From assembly GCA_964016885.1 (NCBI GenBank), contig OZ024742.1:378076001-378140000 (forward strand): a stretch of DNA of 64,000 nt, given 5' to 3'. Shown here piece after piece: positions 1-12,100 of this stretch (positions are counted from its first letter, which is position 1; the number at the start of each line of letters is the position of its first letter). The translations under genes were made by a program, and so were the position numbers. The stretch is from Eledone cirrhosa. Lineage: Eukaryota. Below the pieces are notes generated by a model. The model saw nothing but the letters and a program-made list of their open reading frames with translations. It was not told the origin of the DNA and ran no database searches.

Positions 1-407
1 GTTTAACAAGTGAGAGAAGTAGAAATATGTTCTTGTCTTCTGTAGAGGTAGTTTAACGAGTGACAGAAGTAGAAATATGTTCTAGTCCTCTGTAGAGATA
101 GTTTAACAAGCGACAGAAGTTGAAATATGTTCTATGTTCTAGTCTTCTGTAGAGATAGTTTAACAAGTGACAGAAGTAGAAATATGTTCTAGTCTTCTGT
201 AGAGATAGTTTAACAAGTGACAGAAGTAGAAATATGTTCTAGTCTTCTGTAGAGATAGTTTAACAAGGGACAGAATTAGAAATATGTTCTAGTCTTCTGT
301 AGAGATAGTTTAACAAGTGACAGAAGTAGAAATATGTTGTAGTCTTCTGTAGAGATAGTTTAACAAGTGACAGAAGTAGAAATATGCCATAGTCTTCTGT
401 GGAGATA

Positions 408-3149
408 GTTTAACAAGTGACAGAAGTAGAAATATGTTCTTGTCTTCTGTAGAGGTAGTTTAACGAGTGACAGAAGTAGAAATATGTTCTAGTCTTCAGT
501 AGAGATAGTTTAACAAGCGACAGAAGTAGAAATATGTTCTAGTCTTCTGTAGAGATAGTTTAACAAGTGACAGATTTAGAAATATGTTCTAGTCTTCTGT
601 AGAGATAGTTTAAAAAGGGACAGAAGAAGAAATATGTTCTAGTCTTCTGTAGAGATAGTTTAACAAGTAGCAGAAGTAAAAATATGTTCTAGTCTTCTGT
701 AGAGATAGTTTAACAAGCGACAGAAGTAGAAATATGTTCTATGTTCTAGTCTTCTGTAGAGATAGTTTAACAAGTGACAGAAGCAGAAATATGTTCTAGT
801 CTTCTGTAGAGATAGTTTAACAAGTGACAATAGTAGAAATATGTTCTAGTCTTCTGTAGAGATAGTTTAACAAGGGACAGAAGTAGAAATATGTTCTAGT
901 CTTCTGTAGAGATTGTTTAACAAGTGACAGATGTAGAAATATGTTCTAGTCTTCTGTAGAGATAGTTTAACAAGTGACAGAATTAGTAATATGTTCTAGC
1001 CTTCTGTAGAGATAGTTTAACAAGTGACAGAAGTAAGAATATGTTCTAGTCTTCTGTAGAGGTAGTTTAACAAGTGACACAAGTAGAAATATGTTATATG
1101 TTCTAGTCTTCTGTAGAGATAGTTTAACAATTGACAGAAGTAGAAATATGTTCTAGTCTTCTGTAGAGATAGTTTAACAAGTGACAGAAGTAGAAATATG
1201 TTCTACTCTTCTGTAGAGGTAGTTTAACAAGTGACAGAAGTAGAAATATGTTCTAGTCTTCAGTAGAGATAGTTTAACAAGCGACAGAAGTAGAAATATG
1301 TTCTAGTCTTCTGTAGAGATAGTTTAACAAGTGACAGAAGTAGAAATATGTTCTTGTCTTCTATAGAGGTAGTTTAACGAGTGACAGAAGTAGAAATATG
1401 TTCTAGTCTTCAGTAGAGATAGTTTAACAAGCGACAGAAGTAGAAATATGTTCTAGTCTTCTGTAGAGATAGTTTAACAAGTGACAGATTTAGAAATATG
1501 TTCTAGTCTTCTGTAGAGATAGTTTAAAAAGGGACAGAAGAAGAAATATGTTCTAGTCTTCTGTAGAGATAGTTTAACAAGTAGCAGAAGTAAAAATATG
1601 TTCTAGACTTCTGTAGAGATAGTTTAACAAGCGACAGAAGTAGAAATATGTTCTATGTTCTAGTCTTCTGTAGAGATAGTTTAACAAGTGACAGAAGCAG
1701 AAATATGTTCTAGTCTTCTGTAGAGATAGTTTAACAAGTGACAATAGTAGAAATATGTTCTAGTCTTCTGTAGAGATAGTTTAACAAGGGACAGATGTAG
1801 AAATATGTTCTAGTCTTCTGTAGAGATTGTTTAACAAGTGACAGATGTAGAAATATGTTCTAGTCTTCTGTAGAGATAGTTTAACAAGTGACAGAATTAG
1901 TAATATGTTCTAGCCTTCTGTAGAGATAGTTTAACAAGTGACAGAAGTAAGAATATGTTCTAGTCTTCTGTAGAGGTAGTTTAACAAGTGACACAAGTAG
2001 AAATATGTTATATGTTCTAGTCTTCTGTAGAGATAGTTTAACAATTGACAGAAGTAGAAATATGTTCTAGTCTTCTGTAGAGATAGTTTAACAAGTGACA
2101 GAAGTAGAAATATGTTCTACTCTTCTGTAGAGGTAGTTTAACAACTGACAGAAGTAGAAATATGTTCTAGTCTTCAGTAGAGATAGTTTAACAAGCGACA
2201 GAAGTAGAAATATGTTCTAGTCTTCTGTAGAGATAGTTTAACAAGTGACAGAAGTAGAAATATGTTCTTGTCTTCTGTAGAGGTAGTTTAACGAGTGACA
2301 GAAGTAGAAATATGTTCTAGTCTTCAGTAGATATAGTTTAACAAGCGACAGAAGTAGAAATATGTTCTAGTCTTCTGTAGAGATAGTTTAACAAGTGACA
2401 GATTTAGAAATATGTTCTAGTCTTCTGTAGAGATAGTTTAAAAAGGGACAGAAGAAGAAATATGTTCTAGTCTTCTGTAGAGATAGTTTAACAAGTAGCA
2501 GAAGTAAAAATATGTTCTAGTCTTCTGTAGAGATAGTTTAACAAGCGACAGAAGTAGAAATATGTTCTATGTTCTAGTCTTCTGTAGAGATAGTTTAACA
2601 AGTGACAGAAGCAGAAATATGTTCTAGTCTTCTGTAGAGATAGTTTAACAAGTGACAATAGTAGAAATATGTTCTAGTCTTCTGTAGAGATAGTTTAACA
2701 AGGGACAGAAGTAGAAATATGTTCTAGTCTTCTGTAGAGATTGTTTAACAAGTGACAGATGTAGAAATATGTTCTAGTCTTCTGTAGAGATAGTTTAACA
2801 AGTGACAGAATTAGTAATATGTTCTAGCCTTCTGTAGAGATAGTTTAACAAGTGACAGAAGTAAGAATATGTTCTAGTCTTCTGTAGAGGTAGTTTAACA
2901 AGTGACACAAGTAGAAATATGTTATATGTTCTAGTCTTCTGTAGAGATAGTTTAACAATTGACAGAAGTAGAAATATGTTCTAGTCTTCTGTAGAGATAG
3001 TTTAACAAGTGACAGAAGTAGAAATATGTTCTACTCTTCTGTAGAGGTAGTTTAACAAGTGACAGAAGTAGAAATATGTTCTAGTCTTCTGTAGAGATAG
3101 TTTAACATGTGCCAGAAGCAGAAATATGTTCTAGTCTTCTGTAGAGATA
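408..3149 (+). repeat. 18-monomer higher-order repeat (914 bp = 16x50 + 2x57), three consecutive copies here and recurring through much of the array
   Basis: The marker CAGATTTAG occurs at 571, 1485 and 2399 (spacing 914). The TTCTTG...GAGGT monomer starts at 408, 1322, 2236 and 3150. Variant monomers follow a fixed order: GATTTAG, AAAAAGGG..GAAGAAG, AGTAGCAG, 57-mer, GAAGCAG, CAATAG, AAGGG..GATTG, GATGTAG, GAATTAGTAAT..AGCC, GTAAGAAT, CACAAG 57-mer, CAATTG, TCTACTC. Confidence 0.95.
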
Positions 3150-6100
3150 GTTTAACAAGTGACAGAAGTAGAAATATGTTCTTGTCTTCTGTAGAGGTAG
3201 TTTAACGAGTGACAGAAGTAGAAATATGTTCTAGTCCTCTGTAGAGATAGTTTAACAAGTGACAGAATTAGAAATATGTTCTACTCTTCTGTAGAGGTAG
3301 TTTAACAAGTGACAGAAGTAGAAATATGTTCTTGTCTTCTGTAGAGGTAGTTTAACGAGTGACAGAAGTAGAAATATGTTCTAGTCTTCAGTAGAGATAG
3401 TTTAACAAGCGACAGAAGTAGAAATATGTTCTAGTCTTCTGTAGAGATAGTTTAACAAGTGACAGATTTAGAAATATGTTCTAGTCTTCTGTAGAGATAG
3501 TTTAAAAAGGGACAGAAGAAGAAATATGTTCTAGTCTTCTGTAGAGATAGTTTAACAAGTAGCAGAAGTAAAAATATGTTCTAGTCTTCTGTAGAGATAG
3601 TTTAACAAGCGACAGAAGTAGAAATATGTTCTATGTTCTAGTCTTCTGTAGAGATAGTTTAACAAGTGACAGAAGCAGAAATATGTTCTAGTCTTCTGTA
3701 GAGATAGTTTAACAAGTGACAATAGTAGAAATATGTTCTAGTCTTCTGTAGAGATAGTTTAACAAGGGACAGAAGTAGAAATATGTTCTAGTCTTCTGTA
3801 GAGATTGTTTAACAAGTGACAGATGTAGAAATATGTTCTAGTCTTCTGTAGAGATAGTTTAACAAGTGACAGAATTAGTAATATGTTCTAGCCTTCTGTA
3901 GAGATAGTTTAACAAGTGACAGAAGTAAAAATATGTTCTAGTCTTCTGTAGAGGTAGTTTAACAAGTGACACAAGTAGAAATATGTTCTATGTTCTAGTC
4001 TTCTGTAGAGATAGTTTAACAATTGACAGAAGTAGAAATATGTTCTAGTCTTCTGTAGAGATAGTTTAACAAGTGACAGAAGTAGAAATATGTTCTACTC
4101 TTCTGTAGAGGTAGTTTAACAAGTGACAGAAGTAAAAATATGTTCTAGTCTTCTGTAGAGGTAGTTTAACAAGTGACACAAGTAGAAATATGTTCTATGT
4201 TCTAGTCTTCTGTAGAGATAGTTTAACAATTGACAGAAGAAGAAATATGTTCTAGTCTTCTGTAGAGATAGTTTAACAAGTAGCAGAAGTAAAAATGTGT
4301 TCTAGTCTTCTGTAGAGATAGTTTAACAAGCGACAGAAGTAGAAATATGTTCTATGTTCTAGTCTTGTGTAGAGATAGTTTAACACGTGACAGGAGTAGA
4401 AATATGTTCTAGTCTTCTGTAGAGGTAGTTTAACAAGTGACACAAGTAGAAATATGTTCTATGTTCTAGTCTTCTGTCGAGATAGTTTAACAAGTGACAG
4501 AAGTAGAAATATGTTCTAGTCTTCTGTAGAGATAGTTTAACACGTGACAGGAGTAGAAATATGTTCTAGTCTTCTGTAGAGATAGTTTAACAAGTGACAG
4601 ATTTAGAAATATGTTCTAGTCTTCTGTAGAGATAGTTTAAAAAGGGACAGAAGAAGAAATATGTTCTAGTCTTCTGTAGAGATAGTTTAACAAGTAGCAG
4701 AAGTAAAAATATGTTCTAGTCTTCTGTAGAGATAGTTTAACAAGCGACAGAAGTAGAAATATGTTCTATGTTCTAGTCTTCTGTAGAGATAGTTTAACAA
4801 GTGACAGAAGCAGAAATATGTTCTAGTCTTCTGTAGAGATAGTTTAACAAGTGACAATAGTAGAAATATGTTCTAGTCTTCTGTAGAGATAGTTTAACAA
4901 GGGACAGAAGTAGAAATATGTTCTAGTCTTCTGTAGAGATTGTTTAACAAGTGACAGATGTAGAAATATGTTCTAGTCTTCTGTAGAGATAGTTTAACAA
5001 GTGACAGAATTAGTAATATGTTCTAGCCTTCTGTAGAGATAGTTTAACAAGTGACAGAAGTAAGAATATGTTCTAGTCTTCTGTAGAGGTAGTTTAACAA
5101 GTGACACAAGTAGAAATATGTTATATGTTCTAGTCTTCTGTAGAGATAGTTTAACAATTGACAGAAGTAGAAATATGTTCTAGTCTTCTGTAGAGATAGT
5201 TTAACAAGTGACAGAAGTAGAAATATGTTCTACTCTTCTGTAGAGGTAGTTTAACAAGTGACAGAAGTAGAAATATGTTCTAGTCTTCAGTAGAGATAGT
5301 TTAACAAGCGACAGAAGTAGAAATATGTTCTAGTCTTCTGTAGAGATAGTTTAACAAGTGACAGAAGTAGAAATATGTTCTTGTCTTCTGTAGAGGTAGT
5401 TTAACGAGTGACAGAAGTAGAAATATGTTCTAGTCTTCAGTAGATATAGTTTAACAAGCGACAGAAGTAGAAATATGTTCTAGTCTTCTGTAGAGATAGT
5501 TTAACAAGTGACAGATTTAGAAATATGTTCTAGTCTTCTGTAGAGATAGTTTAAAAAGGGACAGAAGAAGAAATATGTTCTAGTCTTCTGTAGAGATAGT
5601 TTAACAAGTAGCAGAAGTAAAAATATGTTCTAGTCTTCTGTAGAGATAGTTTAACAAGCGACAGAAGTAGAAATATGTTCTATGTTCTAGTCTTCTGTAG
5701 AGATAGTTTAACAAGTGACAGAAGCAGAAATATGTTCTAGTCTTCTGTAGAGATAGTTTAACAAGTGACAATAGTAGAAATATGTTCTAGTCTTCTGTAG
5801 AGATAGTTTAACAAGGGACAGAAGTAGAAATATGTTCTAGTCTTCTGTAGAGATTGTTTAACAAGTGACAGATGTAGAAATATGTTCTAGTCTTCTGTAG
5901 AGATAGTTTAACAAGTGACAGAAGTAAGAATATGTTCTAGTCTTCTGTAGAGGTAGTTTAACAAGTGACACAAGTAGAAATATGTTATATGTTCTAGTCT
6001 TCTGTAGAGATAGTTTAACAATTGACAGAAGTAGAAATATGTTCTAGTCTTCTGTAGAGATAGTTTAACAAGTGACAGAAGTAGAAATATGTTCTACTCT

Positions 6101-9100
6101 TCTGTAGAGGTAGTTTAACAAGTGACAGAAGTAGAAATATGTTCTAGTCTTCTGTAGAGATAGTTTAACATGTGCCAGAAGTAGAAATATGTTCTAGTCT
6201 TCTGTAGAGATAGTTTAACAAGTGACAGAAGTAGAAATATGTTCTTGTCTTCTGTAGAGGTAGTTTAACGAGTGACAGAAGTAGAAATATGTTCTAGTCC
6301 TCTGTAGAGATAGTTTAACAAGTGACAGAAGTAGAAATATGTTCTACTCTTCTGTAGAGGTAGTTTAACAAGTGACAGAAGTAGAAATATGTTCTTGTCT
6401 TCTGTAGAGGTAGTTTAACGAGTGACAGAAGTAGAAATATGTTCTAGTCTTCAGTAGAGATAGTTTAACAAGCGACAGAAGTAGAAACATGTTCTAGTCT
6501 TCTGTAGAGATAGTTTAACAAGTGACAGATTTAGAAATATGTTCTAGTCTTCTGTAGAGATAGTTTAAAAAGGGACAGAAGAAGAAATATGTTCTAGTCT
6601 TCTGTAGAGATAGTTTAACAAGTAGCAGAAGTAAAAATATGTTCTAGTCTTCTGTAGAGATAGTTTAACAAGCGACAGAAGTAGAAATATGTTCTATGTT
6701 CTAGTCTTCTGTAGAGATAGTTTAACAAGTGACAGAAGCAGAAATATGTTCTAGTCTTCTGTAGAGATAGTTTAACAAGTGACAATAGTAGAAATATGTT
6801 CTAGTCTTCTGTAGAGATAGTTTAACAAGGGACAGAAGTAGAAATATGTTCTAGTCTTCTGTAGAGATTGTTTAACAAGTGACAGATGTAGAAATATGTT
6901 CTAGTCTTCTGTAGAGATAGTTTAACAAGTGACAGAATTAGTAATATGTTCTAGCCTTCTGTAGAGATAGTTTAACAAGTGACAGAAGTAAGAATATGTT
7001 CTAGTCTTCTGTAGAGGTAGTTTAACAAGTGACACAAGTAGAAATATGTTATATGTTCTAGTCTTCTGTAGAGATAGTTTAACAATTGACAGAAGTAGAA
7101 ATATGTTCTAGTCTTCTGTAGAGATAGTTTAACAAGTGACAGAAGTAGAAATATGTTCTACTCTTCTGTAGAGGTAGTTTAACAAGTGACAGAAGTAGAA
7201 ATATGTTCTAGTCTTCAGTAGAGATAGTTTAACAAGCGACAGAAGTAGAAATATGTTCTAGTCTTCTGTAGAGATAGTTTAACAAGTGACAGAAGTAGAA
7301 ATATGTTCTTGTCTTCTGTAGAGGTAGTTTAACGAGTGACAGAAGTAGAAATATGTTCTAGTCTTCAGTAGATATAGTTTAACAAGCGACAGAAGTAGAA
7401 ATATGTTCTAGTCTTCTGTAGAGATAGTTTAACAAGTGACAGATTTAGAAATATGTTCTAGTCTTCTGTAGAGATAGTTTAAAAAGGGACAGAAGAAGAA
7501 ATATGTTCTAGTCTTCTGTAGAGATAGTTTAACAAGTAGCAGAAGTAAAAATATGTTCTAGTCTTCTGTAGAGATAGTTTAACAAGCGACAGAAGTAGAA
7601 ATATGTTCTATGTTCTAGTCTTCTGTAGAGATAGTTTAACAAGTGACAGAAGCAGAAATATGTTCTAGTCTTCTGTAGAGATAGTTTAACAAGTGACAAT
7701 AGTAGAAATATGTTCTAGTCTTCTGTAGAGATAGTTTAACAAGGGACAGAAGTAGAAATATGTTCTAGTCTTCTGTAGAGATTGTTTAACAAGTGACAGA
7801 TGTAGAAATATGTTCTAGTCTTCTGTAGAGATAGTTTAACAAGTGACAGAAGTAAGAATATGTTCTAGTCTTCTGTAGAGGTAGTTTAACAAGTGACACA
7901 AGTAGAAATATGTTATATGTTCTAGTCTTCTGTAGAGATAGTTTAACAATTGACAGAAGTAGAAATATGTTCTAGTCTTCTGTAGAGATAGTTTAACAAG
8001 TGACAGAAGTAGAAATATGTTCTACTCTTCTGTAGAGGTAGTTTAACAAGTGACAGAAGTAGAAATATGTTCTAGTCTTCTGTAGAGATAGTTTAACATG
8101 TGCCAGAAGTAGAAATATGTTCTAGTCTTCTGTAGAGATAGTTTAACAAGTGACAGAAGTAGAAATATGTTCTTGTCTTCTGTAGAGGTAGTTTAACGAG
8201 TGACAGAAGTAGAAATATGTTCTAGTCCTCTGTAGAGATAGTTTAACAAGTGACAGAAGTAGAAATATGTTCTACTCTTCTGTAGAGGTAGTTTAACAAG
8301 TGACAGAAGTAGAAATATGTTCTTGTCTTCTGTAGAGGTAGTTTAACGAGTGACAGAAGTAGAAATATGTTCTAGTCTTCAGTAGAGATAGTTTAACAAG
8401 CGACAGAAGTAGAAACATGTTCTAGTCTTCTGTAGAGATAGTTTAACAAGTGACAGATTTAGAAATATGTTCTAGTCTTCTGTAGAGATAGTTTAAAAAG
8501 GGACAGAAGAAGAAATATGTTCTAGTCTTCTGTAGAGATAGTTTAACAAGTAGCAGAAGTAAAAATATGTTCTAGTCTTCTGTAGAGATAGTTTAACAAG
8601 CGACAGAAGTAGAAATATGTTCTATGTTCTAGTCTTCTGTAGAGATAGTTTAACAAGTGACAGAATTAGTAATATGTTCTAGCCTTCTGTAGAGATAGTT
8701 TAACAAGTGACAGAAGTAAAAATATGTTCTAGTCTTCTGTAGAGGTAGTTTAACAAGTGACACAAGTAGAAATATGTTCTATGTTCTAGTCTTCTGTAGA
8801 GATAGTTTAACAATTGACAGAAGTAGAAATATGTTCTAGTCTTCTGTAGAGATAGTTTAACAAGTGACAGAAGTAGAAATATGTTCTACTCTTCTGTAGA
8901 GGTAGTTTAACAAGTGACAGAAGTAAAAATATGTTCTAGTCTTCTGTAGAGGTAGTTTAACAAGTGACACAAGTAGAAATATGTTCTATGTTCTAGTCTT
9001 CTGTAGAGATAGTTTAACAATTGACAGAAGAAGAAATATGTTCTAGTCTTCTGTAGAGATAGTTTAACAAGTAGCAGAAGTAAAAATGTGTTCTAGTCTT

Positions 9101-12100
9101 CTGTAGAGATAGTTTAACAAGCGACAGAAGTAGAAATATGTTCTATGTTCTAGTCTTGTGTAGAGATAGTTTAACACGTGACAGGAGTAGAAATATGTTC
9201 TAGTCTTCTGTAGAGGTAGTTTAACAAGTGACACAAGTAGAAATATGTTCTATGTTCTAGTCTTCTGTCGAGATAGTTTAACAAGTGACAGAAGTAGAAA
9301 TATGTTCTAGTCTTCTGTAGAGATAGTTTAACACGTGACAGGAGTAGAAATATGTTCTAGTCTTCTGTAGAGGTAGTTTAACAAGTGACACAAGTAGAAA
9401 TATGTTCTATGTTCTAGTCTTCTGTAGAGATAGTTTCACATGTGACAGAAGTAGAAATATGTTCTAGTCTTCTGTAGAGATAGTTCAACACGTGACAAGA
9501 GTAGAATTATGTTCTAGTCTTCTGTAGAGATAGTTCAACACGTGACAAGAGTAGAATTATGTTCTAGTCTTCTGTAGAGATAGTTTAACAAGTGAGAGAA
9601 GTAGAAATATGTTCTTGTCTTCTGTAGAGGTAGTTTAACGAGTGACAGAAGTAGAAATATGTTCTAGTCCTCTGTAGAGATAGTTTAACAAGCGACAGAA
9701 GTTGAAATATGTTCTATGTTCTAGTCTTCTGTAGAGATAGTTTAACAAGTGACAGAAGTAGAAATATGTTCTAGTCTTCTGTAGAGATAGTTTAACAAGT
9801 GACAGAAGTAGAAATATGTTCTAGTCTTCTGTAGAGATAGTTTAACAAGGGACAGAATTAGAAATATGTTCTAGTCTTCTGTAGAGATAGTTTAACAAGT
9901 GACAGAAGTAGAAATATGTTGTAGTCTTCTGTAGAGATAGTTTAACAAGTGACAGAAGTAGAAATATGCCATAGTCTTCTGTGGAGATAGTTTAACAAGT
10001 GACAGAAGTAGAAATATGTTCTTGTCTTCTGTAGAGGTAGTTTAACGAGTGACAGAAGTAGAAATATGTTCTAGTCTTCAGTAGAGATAGTTTAACAAGC
10101 GACAGAAGTAGAAATATGTTCTAGTCTTCTGTAGAGATAGTTTAACAAGTGACAGATTTAGAAATATGTTCTAGTCTTCTGTAGAGATAGTTTAAAAAGG
10201 GACAGAAGAAGAAATATGTTCTAGTCTTCTGTAGAGATAGTTTAACAAGTAGCAGAAGTAAAAATATGTTCTAGTCTTCTGTAGAGATAGTTTAACAAGC
10301 GACAGAAGTAGAAATATGTTCTATGTTCTAGTCTTCTGTAGAGATAGTTTAACAAGTGACAGAAGCAGAAATATGTTCTAGTCTTCTGTAGAGATAGTTT
10401 AACAAGTGACAATAGTAGAAATATGTTCTAGTCTTCTGTAGAGATAGTTTAACAAGGGACAGAAGTAGAAATATGTTCTAGTCTTCTGTAGAGATTGTTT
10501 AACAAGTGACAGATGTAGAAATATGTTCTAGTCTTCTGTAGAGATAGTTTAACAAGTGACAGAATTAGTAATATGTTCTAGCCTTCTGTAGAGATAGTTT
10601 AACAAGTGACAGAAGTAAGAATATGTTCTAGTCTTCTGTAGAGGTAGTTTAACAAGTGACACAAGTAGAAATATGTTATATGTTCTAGTCTTCTGTAGAG
10701 ATAGTTTAACAATTGACAGAAGTAGAAATATGTTCTAGTCTTCTGTAGAGATAGTTTAACAAGTGACAGAAGTAGAAATATGTTCTACTCTTCTGTAGAG
10801 GTAGTTTAACAAGTGACAGAAGTAGAAATATGTTCTAGTCTTCAGTAGAGATAGTTTAACAAGCGACAGAAGTAGAAATATGTTCTAGTCTTCTGTAGAG
10901 ATAGTTTAACAAGTGACAGAAGTAGAAATATGTTCTTGTCTTCTGTAGAGGTAGTTTAACGAGTGACAGAAGTAGAAATATGTTCTAGTCTTCAGTAGAG
11001 ATAGTTTAACAAGCGACAGAAGTAGAAATATGTTCTAGTCTTCTGTAGAGATAGTTTAACAAGTGACAGATTTAGAAATATGTTCTAGTCTTCTGTAGAG
11101 ATAGTTTAAAAAGCGACAGAAGAAGAAATATGTTCTAGTCTTCTGTAGAGATAGTTTAACAAGTAGCAGAAGTAAAAATATGTTCTAGTCTTCTGTAGAG
11201 ATAGTTTAACAAGCGACAGAAGTAGAAATATGTTCTATGTTCTAGTCTTCTGTAGAGATAGTTTAACAATTGACAGAAGTAGAAATATGTTCTAGTCTTC
11301 TGTAGAGATAGTTTAACAAGTGACAGAAGTAGAAATATGTTCTACTCTTCTGTAGAGGTAGTTTAACAAGTGACAGAAGTAAAAATATGTTCTAGTCTTC
11401 TGTAGAGGTAGTTTAACAAGTGACACAAGTAGAAATATGTTCTATGTTCTAGTCTTCTGTAGAGATAGTTTAACAATTGACAGAAGAAGAAATATGTTCT
11501 AGTCTTCTGTAGAGATAGTTTAACAAGTAGCAGAAGTAAAAATGTGTTCTAGTCTTCTGTAGAGATAGTTTAACAAGCGACAGAAGTAGAAATATGTTCT
11601 ATGTTCTAGTCTTGTGTAGAGATAGTTTAACACGTGACAGGAGTAGAAATATGTTCTAGTCTTCTGTAGAGGTAGTTTAACAAGTGACACAAGTAGAAAT
11701 ATGTTCTATGTTCTAGTCTTCTGTCGAGATAGTTTAACAAGTGACAGAAGTAGAAATATGTTCTAGTCTTCTGTAGAGATAGTTTAACACGTGACAGGAG
11801 TAGAAATATGTTCTAGTCTTCTGTAGAGATAGTTTAACAAGTGACAGATTTAGAAATATGTTCTAGTCTTCTGTAGAGATAGTTTAAAAAGGGACAGAAG
11901 AAGAAATATGTTCTAGTCTTCTGTAGAGATAGTTTAACAAGTAGCAGAAGTAAAAATATGTTCTAGTCTTCTGTAGAGATAGTTTAACAAGCGACAGAAG
12001 TAGAAATATGTTCTATGTTCTAGTCTTCTGTAGAGATAGTTTAACAAGTGACAGAAGCAGAAATATGTTCTAGTCTTCTGTAGAGATAGTTTAACAAGTG

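Noticed and set aside
4384-4389. E-box CACGTG in some monomer variants
   Set aside because: It is a single substitution from the consensus CAAGTG, with no promoter or gene context to support regulatory meaning.
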